Origin: Escherichia phage W22 | Length of the DNA stretch: 64,000 nucleotides | Strand: one strand, 5' to 3' | Sequence record: PV159336 | In this document: positions 9,556-19,420 of the stretch, piece after piece | How positions within the stretch are numbered: position 1 is the first letter of the stretch | How the letters are laid out: every line of letters starts with the position of its first letter | The notes under the pieces: generated by a model | What the model saw: only the letters and a program-made list of their open reading frames with translations | Told to the model about the DNA's origin: nothing | Databases searched by the model: none | Made by a program: the position numbers and the translations under genes

Positions 9556-10021
9556 TTTAACTACAATCAAGGTGTCTGATCTACCTGTAACAACATCTGT
9601 TTCAGACACAGATTATTTTGTAACAGATCAATCGGGCATCACTAAGAAAACATCATTACGTGTTCTTCTTGCGGGTGCTGGTGTTACACGAAATCGTCTT
9701 TCTGCAAGGGGTACTGTTACAAACACCCTAGCTTTAGATATTAGTACGGCAGAGTATTTCTCTGCCACTTTATCTAGTCCAACTTGCAGTATTTCATTTA
9801 GTAATGTTCCAGTTACAACTAACATTGTTCAAAACTTTACTCTATCCCTACGTCAAGGAAGTGGAGCAAATAAAGTAACGTGGCCTCAATCTGTTAAATG
9901 GAGTTTTGGTCGCGCTCCTGTTTTGAGTTATAAACAGGGAGCTACAGATATTTTTGAATTTGTTAGTTATGATAATGGAGCTACCTGGATAGGTAGTTTA
10001 GTGATGGCAGGAGTGATTTAA
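9548..10021 (+). CDS. tail fiber-related protein with conserved N-terminal anchor motif
   Basis: N-terminus (TTIKVSDLPVTTSVSDTDYFVTDQSGITKKTS) parallels N-terminus of the EEP fiber at 15074. Confidence 0.4.
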   Translation: MADLTTIKVSDLPVTTSVSDTDYFVTDQSGITKKTSLRVLLAGAGVTRNRLSARGTVTNTLALDISTAEYFSATLSSPTCSISFSNVPVTTNIVQNFTLSLRQGSGANKVTWPQSVKWSFGRAPVLSYKQGATDIFEFVSYDNGATWIGSLVMAGVI

Positions 10022-12897
10022 TGTCAAGAATTAAGCACAGAATTGACAATGTTTTTCAACTGATCGATGGACATATTCAGTTCTTAGATCGTAATACAGG
10101 TTTAACTGTAGATCCTACAGTGCAACACTATGTATTAAACCCACAAAACGTTCTAGCTAATAACAGACACTTTATAAACTGGACTGCTCAAGAAGGGCAA
10201 CCAAACGGGGATGCTACAACAGAAGGTCAATCCGTGCTTATTCTTGGTTGCGCTTATGCATACCTAGCTTCCGGCGATACAAAGTATTTAGACTCTGCTA
10301 AAAAATATTGGCAAGCCTATATAGATTACTTCTTTGGTGGTCAGCCTATTCCAGATCCGCCAGCAAAATATCGCCCTAACTGGATTATTAACGGTAAAGA
10401 ACCACGTCTTGCGCACTATCCTCTTACAGATGATGGCTACCCTACACACGGAGGTTTTAAGGGTAGCTTAATGACGTGGACTAACGGTAGAACAGTTATT
10501 CCTCATGGTGCTCCACATTGGGGAGAATACCTTGACAAAGCATGGTTTGCTTTTAATGGTAATCTAGGATGGAACTCTGTAAACGCTACAGTATATGCTG
10601 TTAATGCAGATGGAACAACAGATTGGTCTAAGAATGGAGATCAATGGGATGTTGATTGGATCATTGATCGTCTAGGACGTAAAGTTGATTGGGATGGAAA
10701 TATCTTAGAAGAAGGTTTTCCAACATCTCAATACGGAACAGTTCAACTAAAAAATACTTCTGTAAACGGTACATATAAATTTAACTACGCGACTTGTAAC
10801 CCTGTTGAACACGGTGGTTATTTAATGGAGCGTAACACTATGTGGCATAACAGACCAGTTAACGTTCCGGTAGAAATGGGCTTTCAGGATAATGCGTCAG
10901 ATGCCGAAACTTGGTGGTGTGATGCTAATTACCTGATGTACCAAATTACAGGAGAAAGAAAATATTGGCTATGCTGGCAGTCTTCACTGTTAGTGTGTCA
11001 AGATTACTCAAACATTGATATGTTTGATAAATTCTTCCGTAAATCTACATATGCAACTATTCCGTTTACAGATGGCATCTCTTACGATTATTCGTATCCA
11101 TCTACAGCAATACCTAAATATTCAAGAGATACTTTAGGTTATATTGTTATTAGACAAGATGTTGCTGCTCAAACAACATTAGAACAGCAAGCCATTTGGT
11201 TTAAAGTGGATCAGAACTCTAAGTTACGAGTTCAGTTTCAAGGTGTAGATGACGCAGGACATGGTATTCTTTTCCGTCCAGAGTTGGAACTAAGTAAGAC
11301 CAAAGATGAAAATAACACAGTAACTTACCGTTGTGGCTTACCACTGGGTACAGCTAGTATGACAAGCATGGATATTCCATTATCCAGCTTTATGAGAAGC
11401 ACCCCTCCGAATGGTGGAACATATATTATCGCAGATCCGCGAATTATTGTTGACTGGGGTGGCAATACTGTGGTACAATTTAAGTATGTAACAGGTATTG
11501 CTGGAACTAATAATGACCAGATTGTTACTGCATCAATGGATACGGATGGTGGTATTACTGTTGGTTTTTGGTTAACTCCTACATCAAAAGCTAATGTTAA
11601 GTCTATTACATATAGAACATATGAAGATGACTTTAACATGACTATCACGGATGCTCAAGGTTGGAGATGGTGGGCTATGCTTCCTAAAACGCAAGGGGCA
11701 TGGAGTACGAAGACTTTATCAGCTTCTGATTTTAAGTTAAGTGCTTACCAGCCTAATCATCCAGAAACAGATCCTAAACCTTCAGCAATAAATCTTACTG
11801 CGGTAGACCAGGTAAATTTAGTTCTCGATACGGCTCCTGTCAATGGTTTAACAGGAACAATAGATTTCTATTGTATTAACGATGTACCTGAAAGATATTC
11901 GTCATCTTCTGGTGATGATTATACCATGTACTTCCGTATCACTGTACAGGCTTCAAGTCCTCATACTGCTAAATTAGGTGATTGTACTATTATTGACTAT
12001 AAGTTAAATAGTCTTAATTACACACCAGGAATAATTCCATTCTCTAATATCAGTGACCCAAACACTGCATTGTATGATGGCTGGCGTGGTATTCCATACC
12101 CAGGATACCAATACCCTTCCTTATACTGTTTTGCAGGTAGAGATATTGATTGGACGCGTTTAAATAACAGTATCAATTTCTTGTATGATGCTCAAATGTG
12201 GTTTTATAACACGTTTGATCCTGTGATGCCTGGGCCTATGGCACAAGCATATGTGTGGGATCGTTGGGATGCAAGAAAATACGGTGAACCTAATACGTTT
12301 ACAATGAAACACTGGAATGAAAAAGCGTGGGATGGTTATGAAGCTCGTGCATTCTACTGTGCTTGTCATGCTGTATACGAACTTGTACAAAGAGGAGAAA
12401 CACCTCCTGAAAAACTAGTAACTGTTTGTAAAAATTGGATCAACTACCTTAAATGGTTCCAAGACAATAATGATGGAAGAACACCAACTATCTTTAACCC
12501 AGATGGTACAGTTCTTGCACCTATAGATGACTTTACTAGTCATATGTCTGCACTGTTTATGGCGGGTTGTTCAATCATGGGCTTGGCAGGTTATGATTCA
12601 CAAATTCCAAACATTGGTATTGTAGCAGACAGATGTTTTGATCTGATTCAGCAAAACTATATTGTGCTTTCCCCTAACCATCCGATGAATGGTTCCTGGA
12701 GTGTTGCACCACGCCCAGATTCAGATAACGGAATGTTCTTTGGTTTCCATGCTGGAGAACTATTACGTGGTTTTGGTTTATATGCCTTGTATCGTAAACT
12801 AAACCCTCAAAACGCTTTACCAATTTTGGATAATAGTAACATACCAACACTAACTGTTCTAACTATGAATGATATTAGTGTTGATGTAACCAAATAA
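10021..12897 (+). CDS. large tail fiber/baseplate-associated protein (possible carbohydrate-active domain)
   Basis: 958 aa, Trp/Tyr-rich; N-terminal segment (GCAYAYLASGDTKYLDSAKKYW) loosely resembles (alpha/alpha)6-barrel glycosidase/lyase motifs. Confidence 0.4.
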   Translation: MSRIKHRIDNVFQLIDGHIQFLDRNTGLTVDPTVQHYVLNPQNVLANNRHFINWTAQEGQPNGDATTEGQSVLILGCAYAYLASGDTKYLDSAKKYWQAYIDYFFGGQPIPDPPAKYRPNWIINGKEPRLAHYPLTDDGYPTHGGFKGSLMTWTNGRTVIPHGAPHWGEYLDKAWFAFNGNLGWNSVNATVYAVNADGTTDWSKNGDQWDVDWIIDRLGRKVDWDGNILEEGFPTSQYGTVQLKNTSVNGTYKFNYATCNPVEHGGYLMERNTMWHNRPVNVPVEMGFQDNASDAETWWCDANYLMYQITGERKYWLCWQSSLLVCQDYSNIDMFDKFFRKSTYATIPFTDGISYDYSYPSTAIPKYSRDTLGYIVIRQDVAAQTTLEQQAIWFKVDQNSKLRVQFQGVDDAGHGILFRPELELSKTKDENNTVTYRCGLPLGTASMTSMDIPLSSFMRSTPPNGGTYIIADPRIIVDWGGNTVVQFKYVTGIAGTNNDQIVTASMDTDGGITVGFWLTPTSKANVKSITYRTYEDDFNMTITDAQGWRWWAMLPKTQGAWSTKTLSASDFKLSAYQPNHPETDPKPSAINLTAVDQVNLVLDTAPVNGLTGTIDFYCINDVPERYSSSSGDDYTMYFRITVQASSPHTAKLGDCTIIDYKLNSLNYTPGIIPFSNISDPNTALYDGWRGIPYPGYQYPSLYCFAGRDIDWTRLNNSINFLYDAQMWFYNTFDPVMPGPMAQAYVWDRWDARKYGEPNTFTMKHWNEKAWDGYEARAFYCACHAVYELVQRGETPPEKLVTVCKNWINYLKWFQDNNDGRTPTIFNPDGTVLAPIDDFTSHMSALFMAGCSIMGLAGYDSQIPNIGIVADRCFDLIQQNYIVLSPNHPMNGSWSVAPRPDSDNGMFFGFHAGELLRGFGLYALYRKLNPQNALPILDNSNIPTLTVLTMNDISVDVTK

Positions 12898-12905
12898 GGA
12901 AAATA

Positions 12906-15065
12906 ATGAAACAGGCTATTTTTACTGTAACTCGAAATACGAGAGTAAATGCCAGTTCATTCAGCTATAAGACCGTCGATGGAACGGCGGTCGCTGGTAG
13001 AGATTATGTAGCTAAACAGGGAACAGTAACGTTCCCTTCTGATGCAGATTCTGCTACTGTAGTGGTTGATGTATATGAACGTCCGGCAAACTCTTTAGAT
13101 CTTTATTTTACTCTTGAGATTACTAGCATAAGTCAAAATAACATGATGATCAACGAAGAAATTCGTTGTGTTATTACGACTGATCAATCGAATACAACCC
13201 CGCTAACTTGGCCTGTTGTGAAGTCTAGAATGTTTGATCCTAAGTTTTGGACAATAGATTCTCAAGCAACAGAAAGTTGTTCTATTATCTCTAATGGTGA
13301 TTCTTTCACAGCAAGAATGGTTAATAGGACAGTGGCTGGTCTTGCTGGGATTATTTGGTCAACTTACGATAAATATGATCACAAAGGATTAGGCTACCAA
13401 GAACATTCTGACTTAAGTAAAGAGAAACTTTGGTTTAAAATGGAACTTAGTCAAGGTGTTCCTGGATTAAAAGAAGAAAAATTAATACCATCCTTAACAG
13501 TGACACTGAAGGATGAAACAGTTCATTATGTATCTCTAAACTTTTATGCAGAAGAAGTTTCAGAGGATGGTAAAACAGCAACAATCAAACTAGATTTCTC
13601 AAATTTAAAATCTGGGCCAGAAAATGATATTGTTGTTGACACTACACAGATAGATAATATGTTCTTCTCCTTGATCTCAACGAGGTATCAAGAAATTGAA
13701 GATATTATTCCTGTAGACAATGAGGATCTTTCCTTTAAGTTTACCATACTGGAGCCTGATACTGGTTACAGTATGATGAATATGGGTAATTTAAATGTTC
13801 CAGCACACACCATAAGAATGTGTACATCTTATGATGATATGTATAACCTGACCCCAGAGCGAGTTATTTCTAACACCTACAGATTAGGTTATAGGGATAT
13901 GATTAACCACTATAATGGTATGTCACACTATTATCAGTTTAGTTGGGATGCTGGTTCTAATAAATGGGCTTTGAATAGAACAGAATATTTAAACCCAGCA
14001 ACAGAAGCATGGTTTGATAATTTCCACGCTAATGCAAAAGCTATGGGCTACACAGTAATGAATTCCTTAAGTTTTGAACTTATGAGTACAGTGTGTCCTG
14101 TAGAATGGGTACAACATACTTGGAATGATAATCTTGCTGCTACAGGTTATGAGCCACCAAGTTATGTTTTATCTCCTTCAATTGATGAAGGGATGAATTA
14201 TTTACAAGGTGTAATAAATAAGATAGCTTCTATATCCGCTGCTAATGATCTTCCGGTTATTATTCAGGTTGGTGAACCGTGGTGGTGGTATAACACAGCT
14301 ACCAATCTACCGTGTATTTATGATTATACAACCAAAGTTGCATTTAATAATGAAACTGGATTGTATGCACAAGATGTTGGTACAGTTAAAAATTATAAAA
14401 CTGGTACACCATATGATGAATATTATGCATTCCTATCTAAAACATTAGGACTGCGTGTTGCTAAATTTGCAACAGATACCAGATTAGCATATCCTGGAGC
14501 TAAAGTTACATTGTTACCATTTGTGCCATCCATTTTGGGTAACGGTATGATGGAATTTGTTAACTTCCCTAAAGATTATTATATCCCAGAAAACTTTGAC
14601 TTTTATTGTTCAGAATGTTATGATTGGTTGTTGGAAGGTAAGATGGAAAGATCTTTCGACGCTATCACAATACCTAATGAGCAACTAGGTTTTAGTTATG
14701 ATAAGATACATTATCTTGCAGGGTTTGTTCCAGATGCAACTCTAGCACCATTATATGGCTTTGATCCTGAATCAGACTACAGAACATATTTGTGGAAAAT
14801 GATTATAGGTAATATTGTATTGAATGACCAGAAGTTTGTTGGTTTATATCAATACATATGGGCTTATCCACAAATAATGCATGATTCAATAACTGTTCTT
14901 AATTCAAAATCCCAAGTTTTTTATATGGGTAATGTGCCTTTGAATTGCTATTTGCAAGATATCACTCTTAAACAGGTAAATGTTACGATTGCTACTATAA
15001 GCGGAATTACATTAGCCACTAAATCTGGAGAAGATTTAGTAACAACACAAAAATTTTATATATAG
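12906..15065 (+). CDS. large tail-associated protein with N-terminal Calx-beta-like domain
   Basis: 719 aa; N-terminal VDGTAVAGRDYVAKQGTVTFPSDADSATVVVDV...LYFTLEI fits Calx-beta pattern (G.A..G.DY...G.l.F). Confidence 0.4.
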   Translation: MKQAIFTVTRNTRVNASSFSYKTVDGTAVAGRDYVAKQGTVTFPSDADSATVVVDVYERPANSLDLYFTLEITSISQNNMMINEEIRCVITTDQSNTTPLTWPVVKSRMFDPKFWTIDSQATESCSIISNGDSFTARMVNRTVAGLAGIIWSTYDKYDHKGLGYQEHSDLSKEKLWFKMELSQGVPGLKEEKLIPSLTVTLKDETVHYVSLNFYAEEVSEDGKTATIKLDFSNLKSGPENDIVVDTTQIDNMFFSLISTRYQEIEDIIPVDNEDLSFKFTILEPDTGYSMMNMGNLNVPAHTIRMCTSYDDMYNLTPERVISNTYRLGYRDMINHYNGMSHYYQFSWDAGSNKWALNRTEYLNPATEAWFDNFHANAKAMGYTVMNSLSFELMSTVCPVEWVQHTWNDNLAATGYEPPSYVLSPSIDEGMNYLQGVINKIASISAANDLPVIIQVGEPWWWYNTATNLPCIYDYTTKVAFNNETGLYAQDVGTVKNYKTGTPYDEYYAFLSKTLGLRVAKFATDTRLAYPGAKVTLLPFVPSILGNGMMEFVNFPKDYYIPENFDFYCSECYDWLLEGKMERSFDAITIPNEQLGFSYDKIHYLAGFVPDATLAPLYGFDPESDYRTYLWKMIIGNIVLNDQKFVGLYQYIWAYPQIMHDSITVLNSKSQVFYMGNVPLNCYLQDITLKQVNVTIATISGITLATKSGEDLVTTQKFYI

Positions 15066-15073
15066 GAGTAAAA

Positions 15074-15988
15074 ATGTCAACTACAATTACTAATTTACCC
15101 GAAACATCAAAAGTTAATGGTTCAGATTACCTGGTTTTAGATCAATCTGATAAAACTGTTAAAAGCACAGTTTCCAACTTTCTTACTGACACTGGGGTGG
15201 TTAAAGATTACACTCGTCCTAATATCCGTCAGTTGATCCGCGACCGTGAGGAAGCATTGATCGGAAACAAGGTTCGCTTTGTAACATGGAACACTCAAGG
15301 ATATAACAGTGTGTACAAGTATTATGGAAAAGACTTCGCTAACCAACAACGTGTAACAGACTTGACAGAGTGGTTCCTTCGCATAGGGGCTGATTTTGTG
15401 GGATCACAAGAAGTCTGGTCTGTGCCAGATCAACCGGATAGATTCTTCGCACAATATCCGTATATTTCTGCTTTCCAGTCTATCTCTCTTTGGGAATCAT
15501 CGCTAGGACGCCGCTACGGAAACCTGGCAGTAGCTACACGCGCTTTGAACAACAGTACGTTTAAGATTTATGACTCTCAGCCTATCCCTGGTGACACCGA
15601 TAAGGAACTCCGTTCATATATCCGAACGGAAATGACGGTAGCAGGAACGACCATCGCAATCTACGTCACACACTTGTCTCTTAATCAGACACGCATAAAT
15701 GAAGAGATTGCCGAGTTGGGGCTGGCAATGCAGAACGACACAGCGACGCACATCGTTGTCATGGGGGACTGGAACACTAACACTGATACTGACTTCGCGC
15801 CGTTCACCGATCATGGATTCACTATGGTGAACAGGTTCGGTGAATTTAACACCAACAACGTTGGCAATACCTGGTATCTCGACCGAATTTTCTACAAAGG
15901 TTTCTCGGCTGAAGATGATCGCGGGGTCTTTGATACTCCTGTGTCACTTGGCGACCACAAGGCTCTCTATGTAGATCTGGTAATTTAA
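15074..15988 (+). CDS. tail fiber protein with endonuclease/exonuclease/phosphatase (EEP) domain
   Basis: Tail-fiber N-terminal anchor motif, then EEP-type motifs RFVTWNTQG, VVMGDWNT and C-terminal GDHKALYVDL. Confidence 0.6.
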   Translation: MSTTITNLPETSKVNGSDYLVLDQSDKTVKSTVSNFLTDTGVVKDYTRPNIRQLIRDREEALIGNKVRFVTWNTQGYNSVYKYYGKDFANQQRVTDLTEWFLRIGADFVGSQEVWSVPDQPDRFFAQYPYISAFQSISLWESSLGRRYGNLAVATRALNNSTFKIYDSQPIPGDTDKELRSYIRTEMTVAGTTIAIYVTHLSLNQTRINEEIAELGLAMQNDTATHIVVMGDWNTNTDTDFAPFTDHGFTMVNRFGEFNTNNVGNTWYLDRIFYKGFSAEDDRGVFDTPVSLGDHKALYVDLVI

Positions 15989-16000
15989 GGGGAAAGGAAA

Positions 16001-17308
16001 ATGAATTTACATACAATTGACGCAAACATACTTGACATGCAGGGGCTGCCTTTGGATCTCCGCATCAACAAGATGCTGTCAGACATCAACCGCCTGTATC
16101 AACGAGGGCAGGTTATACTGCTTACTAAGTTTGCTGATTTAGGTCTTGCTGACACCGAAGCTACAATGGCAAATGTGTTCGCTCGTATGCCTAATAACAC
16201 CATCTTTATGACTGAAGTTTACCGTGGTGTTCACACCAATTTCGACATGCCGACACTAATCAACGGTGCGAGATTATCTGGACGGTTGATTGTCTATGGT
16301 TCGTCCGAGTCAAGTAACAAATTGACTGCATACTTTCAGCAAGAAACAGGTTTGTGGACACGCCACCTGAACAAAGGTGCTGCCACAAATTATACCGATA
16401 CGGGATGGCATAAGATTGAAGTTCATGGTTTGCAAGAGGATCTAACCACAAGCTCTGTGACTAATCTTGAAAACAAGCTGTCAAACCTAAAAACGCCAGG
16501 CATCTATTACATAGCTGGTAGCATAATGTCACAATTCACAGACGTGCCCACAACAGGTTCAGGAGCATCACTGTGTGAAGTGACCTATATTCACCATCTG
16601 GCTGACACAATACAGACTTTGCGTACCAACGGGGTTGCTCAGACCGGGTGGCGTAGACAAATTTCTAACAATGGAACTGTTGGGGAATGGAAACAGGAGT
16701 TTGTTAGTGGCTCTCCTATGAATAGTTCGTCTACTATAAGTTTCGCCGGGGGAACTGTTTCTGGGACATTAACTACAAGGACGCTCCAACCTGAAAAAAC
16801 AGCAACCCACAACATCGGTTATGCTTCTGCTGCATACAATCAAGCGTATTTTCAGAATGCGCCCACAGTTGTTTCTGATGTGAATTATAAACTATTCATA
16901 GACGATATTCCTGACGATGTTTTGGATGCGTGGAGCACGGTTAACTACTATCAGTGGAAAATGAAAACTGCTGTTGCGGAGAAAGGTGAGGAAAAAGCGC
17001 GCCTTCATGTAGGTGTCCTTGCACAAGAAATCAAAGAGAAGTTTGAAGCTGCTGGTTTGGATGCAACCAAGTATGGCATTCTTATCTATGATTGTTGGGA
17101 AGCTGTTGAGGCTGTTGAATATAAACCTGCTGTATACGATCCAGATACTAACGAATTAATCTCTGAAGAAGTTCAGGCTGTTGAAGGACGTGAAGCAGGT
17201 GAGATCTGGATGGTGCGAATGGAAGAGTGTCTTGCTTTAGAAGCGGCACTGATGCGCCGGACTACAAAACGACTGGAAGATCGCATGGCTGCTCTGGAAG
17301 GCAAGTAA
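16001..17308 (+). CDS. tail fiber protein with C-terminal intramolecular chaperone (S74-like) domain
   Basis: 435 aa; C-terminal ARLHVGVLAQEIKEKFEAAGLD...YGIL segment resembles autoproteolytic chaperone domain of endosialidase-type fibers. Confidence 0.5.
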   Translation: MNLHTIDANILDMQGLPLDLRINKMLSDINRLYQRGQVILLTKFADLGLADTEATMANVFARMPNNTIFMTEVYRGVHTNFDMPTLINGARLSGRLIVYGSSESSNKLTAYFQQETGLWTRHLNKGAATNYTDTGWHKIEVHGLQEDLTTSSVTNLENKLSNLKTPGIYYIAGSIMSQFTDVPTTGSGASLCEVTYIHHLADTIQTLRTNGVAQTGWRRQISNNGTVGEWKQEFVSGSPMNSSSTISFAGGTVSGTLTTRTLQPEKTATHNIGYASAAYNQAYFQNAPTVVSDVNYKLFIDDIPDDVLDAWSTVNYYQWKMKTAVAEKGEEKARLHVGVLAQEIKEKFEAAGLDATKYGILIYDCWEAVEAVEYKPAVYDPDTNELISEEVQAVEGREAGEIWMVRMEECLALEAALMRRTTKRLEDRMAALEGK

Positions 17309-17311
17309 ATA

Positions 17312-17331
17312 AAGCCCCGCTTCGGCGGGGA
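17312..17331 (+). terminator. terminator-like hairpin after fiber gene
   Basis: CCCCGC-TTCG-GCGGGG perfect hairpin; weak T-tract on + strand. Confidence 0.4.
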
Positions 17332-17403
17332 ATTATAAAGGTACTATCATGGTCTTCATTACGATTCACACAAACTATGTCCTGCAAGCGCATGTCATCG
17401 CCA

Positions 17404-17414
17404 TGTGATAAAAT
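17404..17414 (+). promoter_or_regulatory. extended -10 promoter-like element (TGTGATAAAAT)
   Basis: TG-n-TAAAAT identical to the element at 5950-5960; lies in 230-bp intergenic region before baseplate J operon. Confidence 0.3.
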
Positions 17415-17539
17415 GATGAAAACATATCGTAGCAGGGTTAATCTTGTCTTTAGTTACTATCGTACTAACTCAAAATGTTGTCACTACCACTGCAAACCCC
17501 TCCAAAGAGGGGCTTACTTAGAAAAACAAAGAGGTTGTT

Positions 17540-17689
17540 ATGAACGAAATGTTCTCCCAAGGCGGTATTGCCCCAGGTACTACTGCCATTAGTCTTAGTG
17601 CTGCTGTACTTGTGCATTCAGCGGGTTCTGTAGACCTTGGGGAATTAGCTGTATATCGTGATTTAAAAAGTAATGAGAACGCACTATGA
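17540..17689 (+). CDS. small hypothetical protein (49 aa), not in ORF track
   Basis: ATG at 17540 preceded by AAAGAGG; stop TGA overlaps ATG of next gene (ATGA coupling). Confidence 0.3.
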   Translation: MNEMFSQGGIAPGTTAISLSAAVLVHSAGSVDLGELAVYRDLKSNENAL

Positions 17690-17931
17690 GAAAATTTTTA
17701 ATAGGTATGTTCTGTACATATCCTGATAATAAAGTCAGTTCTACTAAAGTTTGGAATGCTATTGGTATGATTGTTATGTCCAGTATGTTTATTTATTTGG
17801 GAATTGATAAAGAAATTCCTGAATGGATGGGCTGGGCTTTTGTTTTTATGATCACACCATCTAGACTAATGAAGAATTTAATAGATTTACGTTGGGGCAG
17901 ATCACCTGCCCCTGATAAGGAGGATAACTAA
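17686..17931 (+). CDS. small membrane protein
   Basis: 81 aa with hydrophobic segments (IGMIVMSSMFIYLGI, WMGWAFVFMI); coupled to downstream baseplate gene. Confidence 0.4.
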   Translation: MRKFLIGMFCTYPDNKVSSTKVWNAIGMIVMSSMFIYLGIDKEIPEWMGWAFVFMITPSRLMKNLIDLRWGRSPAPDKEDN

Positions 17932-19418
17932 TGGCAGATTATGGTTTAACAGATGCTGGTTTTGTCATTCCAACATTTGATGATATTCTAAATAATTATA
18001 TGACAGCATTGAAAAACACTTTCGGTGCAGATACAGCTACATCTGAAGATACTGTCTTTGGTCAACTGTTTCGTATTATTGCATATACAGATTACACCCT
18101 TTGGGAAGGTATGCAAGGTGTTTACAATACCCAAACCTTAGATGGTGCAGAAGGTATTTACCTTGATGAAATCTTCTCTAAAAGAGGTTTTTATCGTAAA
18201 GCTGCTTCTGCTGGTAGTGGTTATGCTTATGTTAAATCTAACAATAAGGCAGCTTGGACTTATGAACTAAGCACAGATGTTTATTTTAATGCCGATAACG
18301 ATTTGACATATTATGTCAGTGCACCAACAATGTTGAATGCTAAGATTGGAGCATATACCATTTCTAAAGCAAACGCAACAGCTTCTGGTGAAACTTCTAT
18401 TACTTTCTACATTCAAAGTGCTATTGATGGTGGTCTTAACAGTAAAACACTAAGTCCTAGCAATACAAACTTTATTGTAGATCTCACGAATTTCATTAAA
18501 GCTAACGTATCAACAACAGATCGTGCTTTAGTATGGAATGATGCTAGTAATGTTTACATGGGTTATAATCCAGAAGATAATGTTAACCCAATAGGTCTAG
18601 TAACACCAGTGAAATTTTATGCATCCATTGCAATTGGTACAAAATGGAGTGAAATTCCAGTTACGTGTTCAGACGTTGGTTATAATCCAGTAGGTACAGA
18701 AAGTATTACAGGTATTTCTTCAACGTTTACAGGCTTTTTAGATACAGGTAACTTCTATCCGTTCTCTCCAGGTACAGATGTTGAAACAGATGCAGAATTC
18801 CGTTCTCGTTTCAATGATAATATGGATGAAGCTAATGCTGCTACTCGTGCTGCTATTGTTAAAGCTCTATTACTGACAGATGGTGTGACAAAGGTTAAGA
18901 TTTATGATAACCCTACACTACACGATCAGGAACATGCTCCAGCTATGACATTCCAGACTATTGTGTATGGTGGTACAGCAGAAGAAGTTGCACAGGTTAT
19001 TTATAATACTAAGCCTATTAACACCTTAACTTATGGTACGACAGCAATTACTATCATAACAGAAGATGGTGGTCAAGAAGTAATTCGTTTTTCTCCTGGT
19101 GATAATGCGGAATACTCACTTAAACTGGTATATCAAACTGGCAATGGTAGTGTGTTAAGTACAACAGAAAGGGAAAATATTGTTTCTGCTCTTGCAAACT
19201 TACAGGCTTACTTTGAATTAGGCTCAACAGTAACTAACGATCAGATAAAAGGTGTAATTTATTCTGCACTTGCGTTCGGACGCTTGACTTCTCTCCGTGT
19301 TTATGTTAAACTTAATACTGAGGATGACAGTAAATATAATGAGGGAGATATTACTCCAGCGTACAATGTTGTACCATCCTTTGACCTTGATAATATTTCC
19401 TACGAGTACGGAGTCTAA
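17931..19418 (+). CDS. baseplate J-like protein (gpJ/gp6 family)
   Basis: 495 aa; N-terminal region (GFVIPTFDDILNNYMTALKNTFGAD...LDGAEGIYLDEIFSKRG) resembles baseplate J family. Confidence 0.5.
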   Translation: MADYGLTDAGFVIPTFDDILNNYMTALKNTFGADTATSEDTVFGQLFRIIAYTDYTLWEGMQGVYNTQTLDGAEGIYLDEIFSKRGFYRKAASAGSGYAYVKSNNKAAWTYELSTDVYFNADNDLTYYVSAPTMLNAKIGAYTISKANATASGETSITFYIQSAIDGGLNSKTLSPSNTNFIVDLTNFIKANVSTTDRALVWNDASNVYMGYNPEDNVNPIGLVTPVKFYASIAIGTKWSEIPVTCSDVGYNPVGTESITGISSTFTGFLDTGNFYPFSPGTDVETDAEFRSRFNDNMDEANAATRAAIVKALLLTDGVTKVKIYDNPTLHDQEHAPAMTFQTIVYGGTAEEVAQVIYNTKPINTLTYGTTAITIITEDGGQEVIRFSPGDNAEYSLKLVYQTGNGSVLSTTERENIVSALANLQAYFELGSTVTNDQIKGVIYSALAFGRLTSLRVYVKLNTEDDSKYNEGDITPAYNVVPSFDLDNISYEYGV

Positions 19419-19420
19419 AA

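Noticed and set aside
17332-17539. Long intergenic region checked for tRNA or small RNA genes
   Set aside because: No cloverleaf-compatible segment or T-loop-like GTTCRANYC element seen by eye; a second hairpin (CCCCTC-CAAA-GAGGGG near 17500) is noted but not assignable.
17227-17592. 121-aa + strand ORF spanning the end of the fiber gene and the intergenic region
   Set aside because: Reads through the terminator hairpin at 17312..17331 in a different frame from the fiber gene; Cys/Arg-rich junk-like translation; no RBS.
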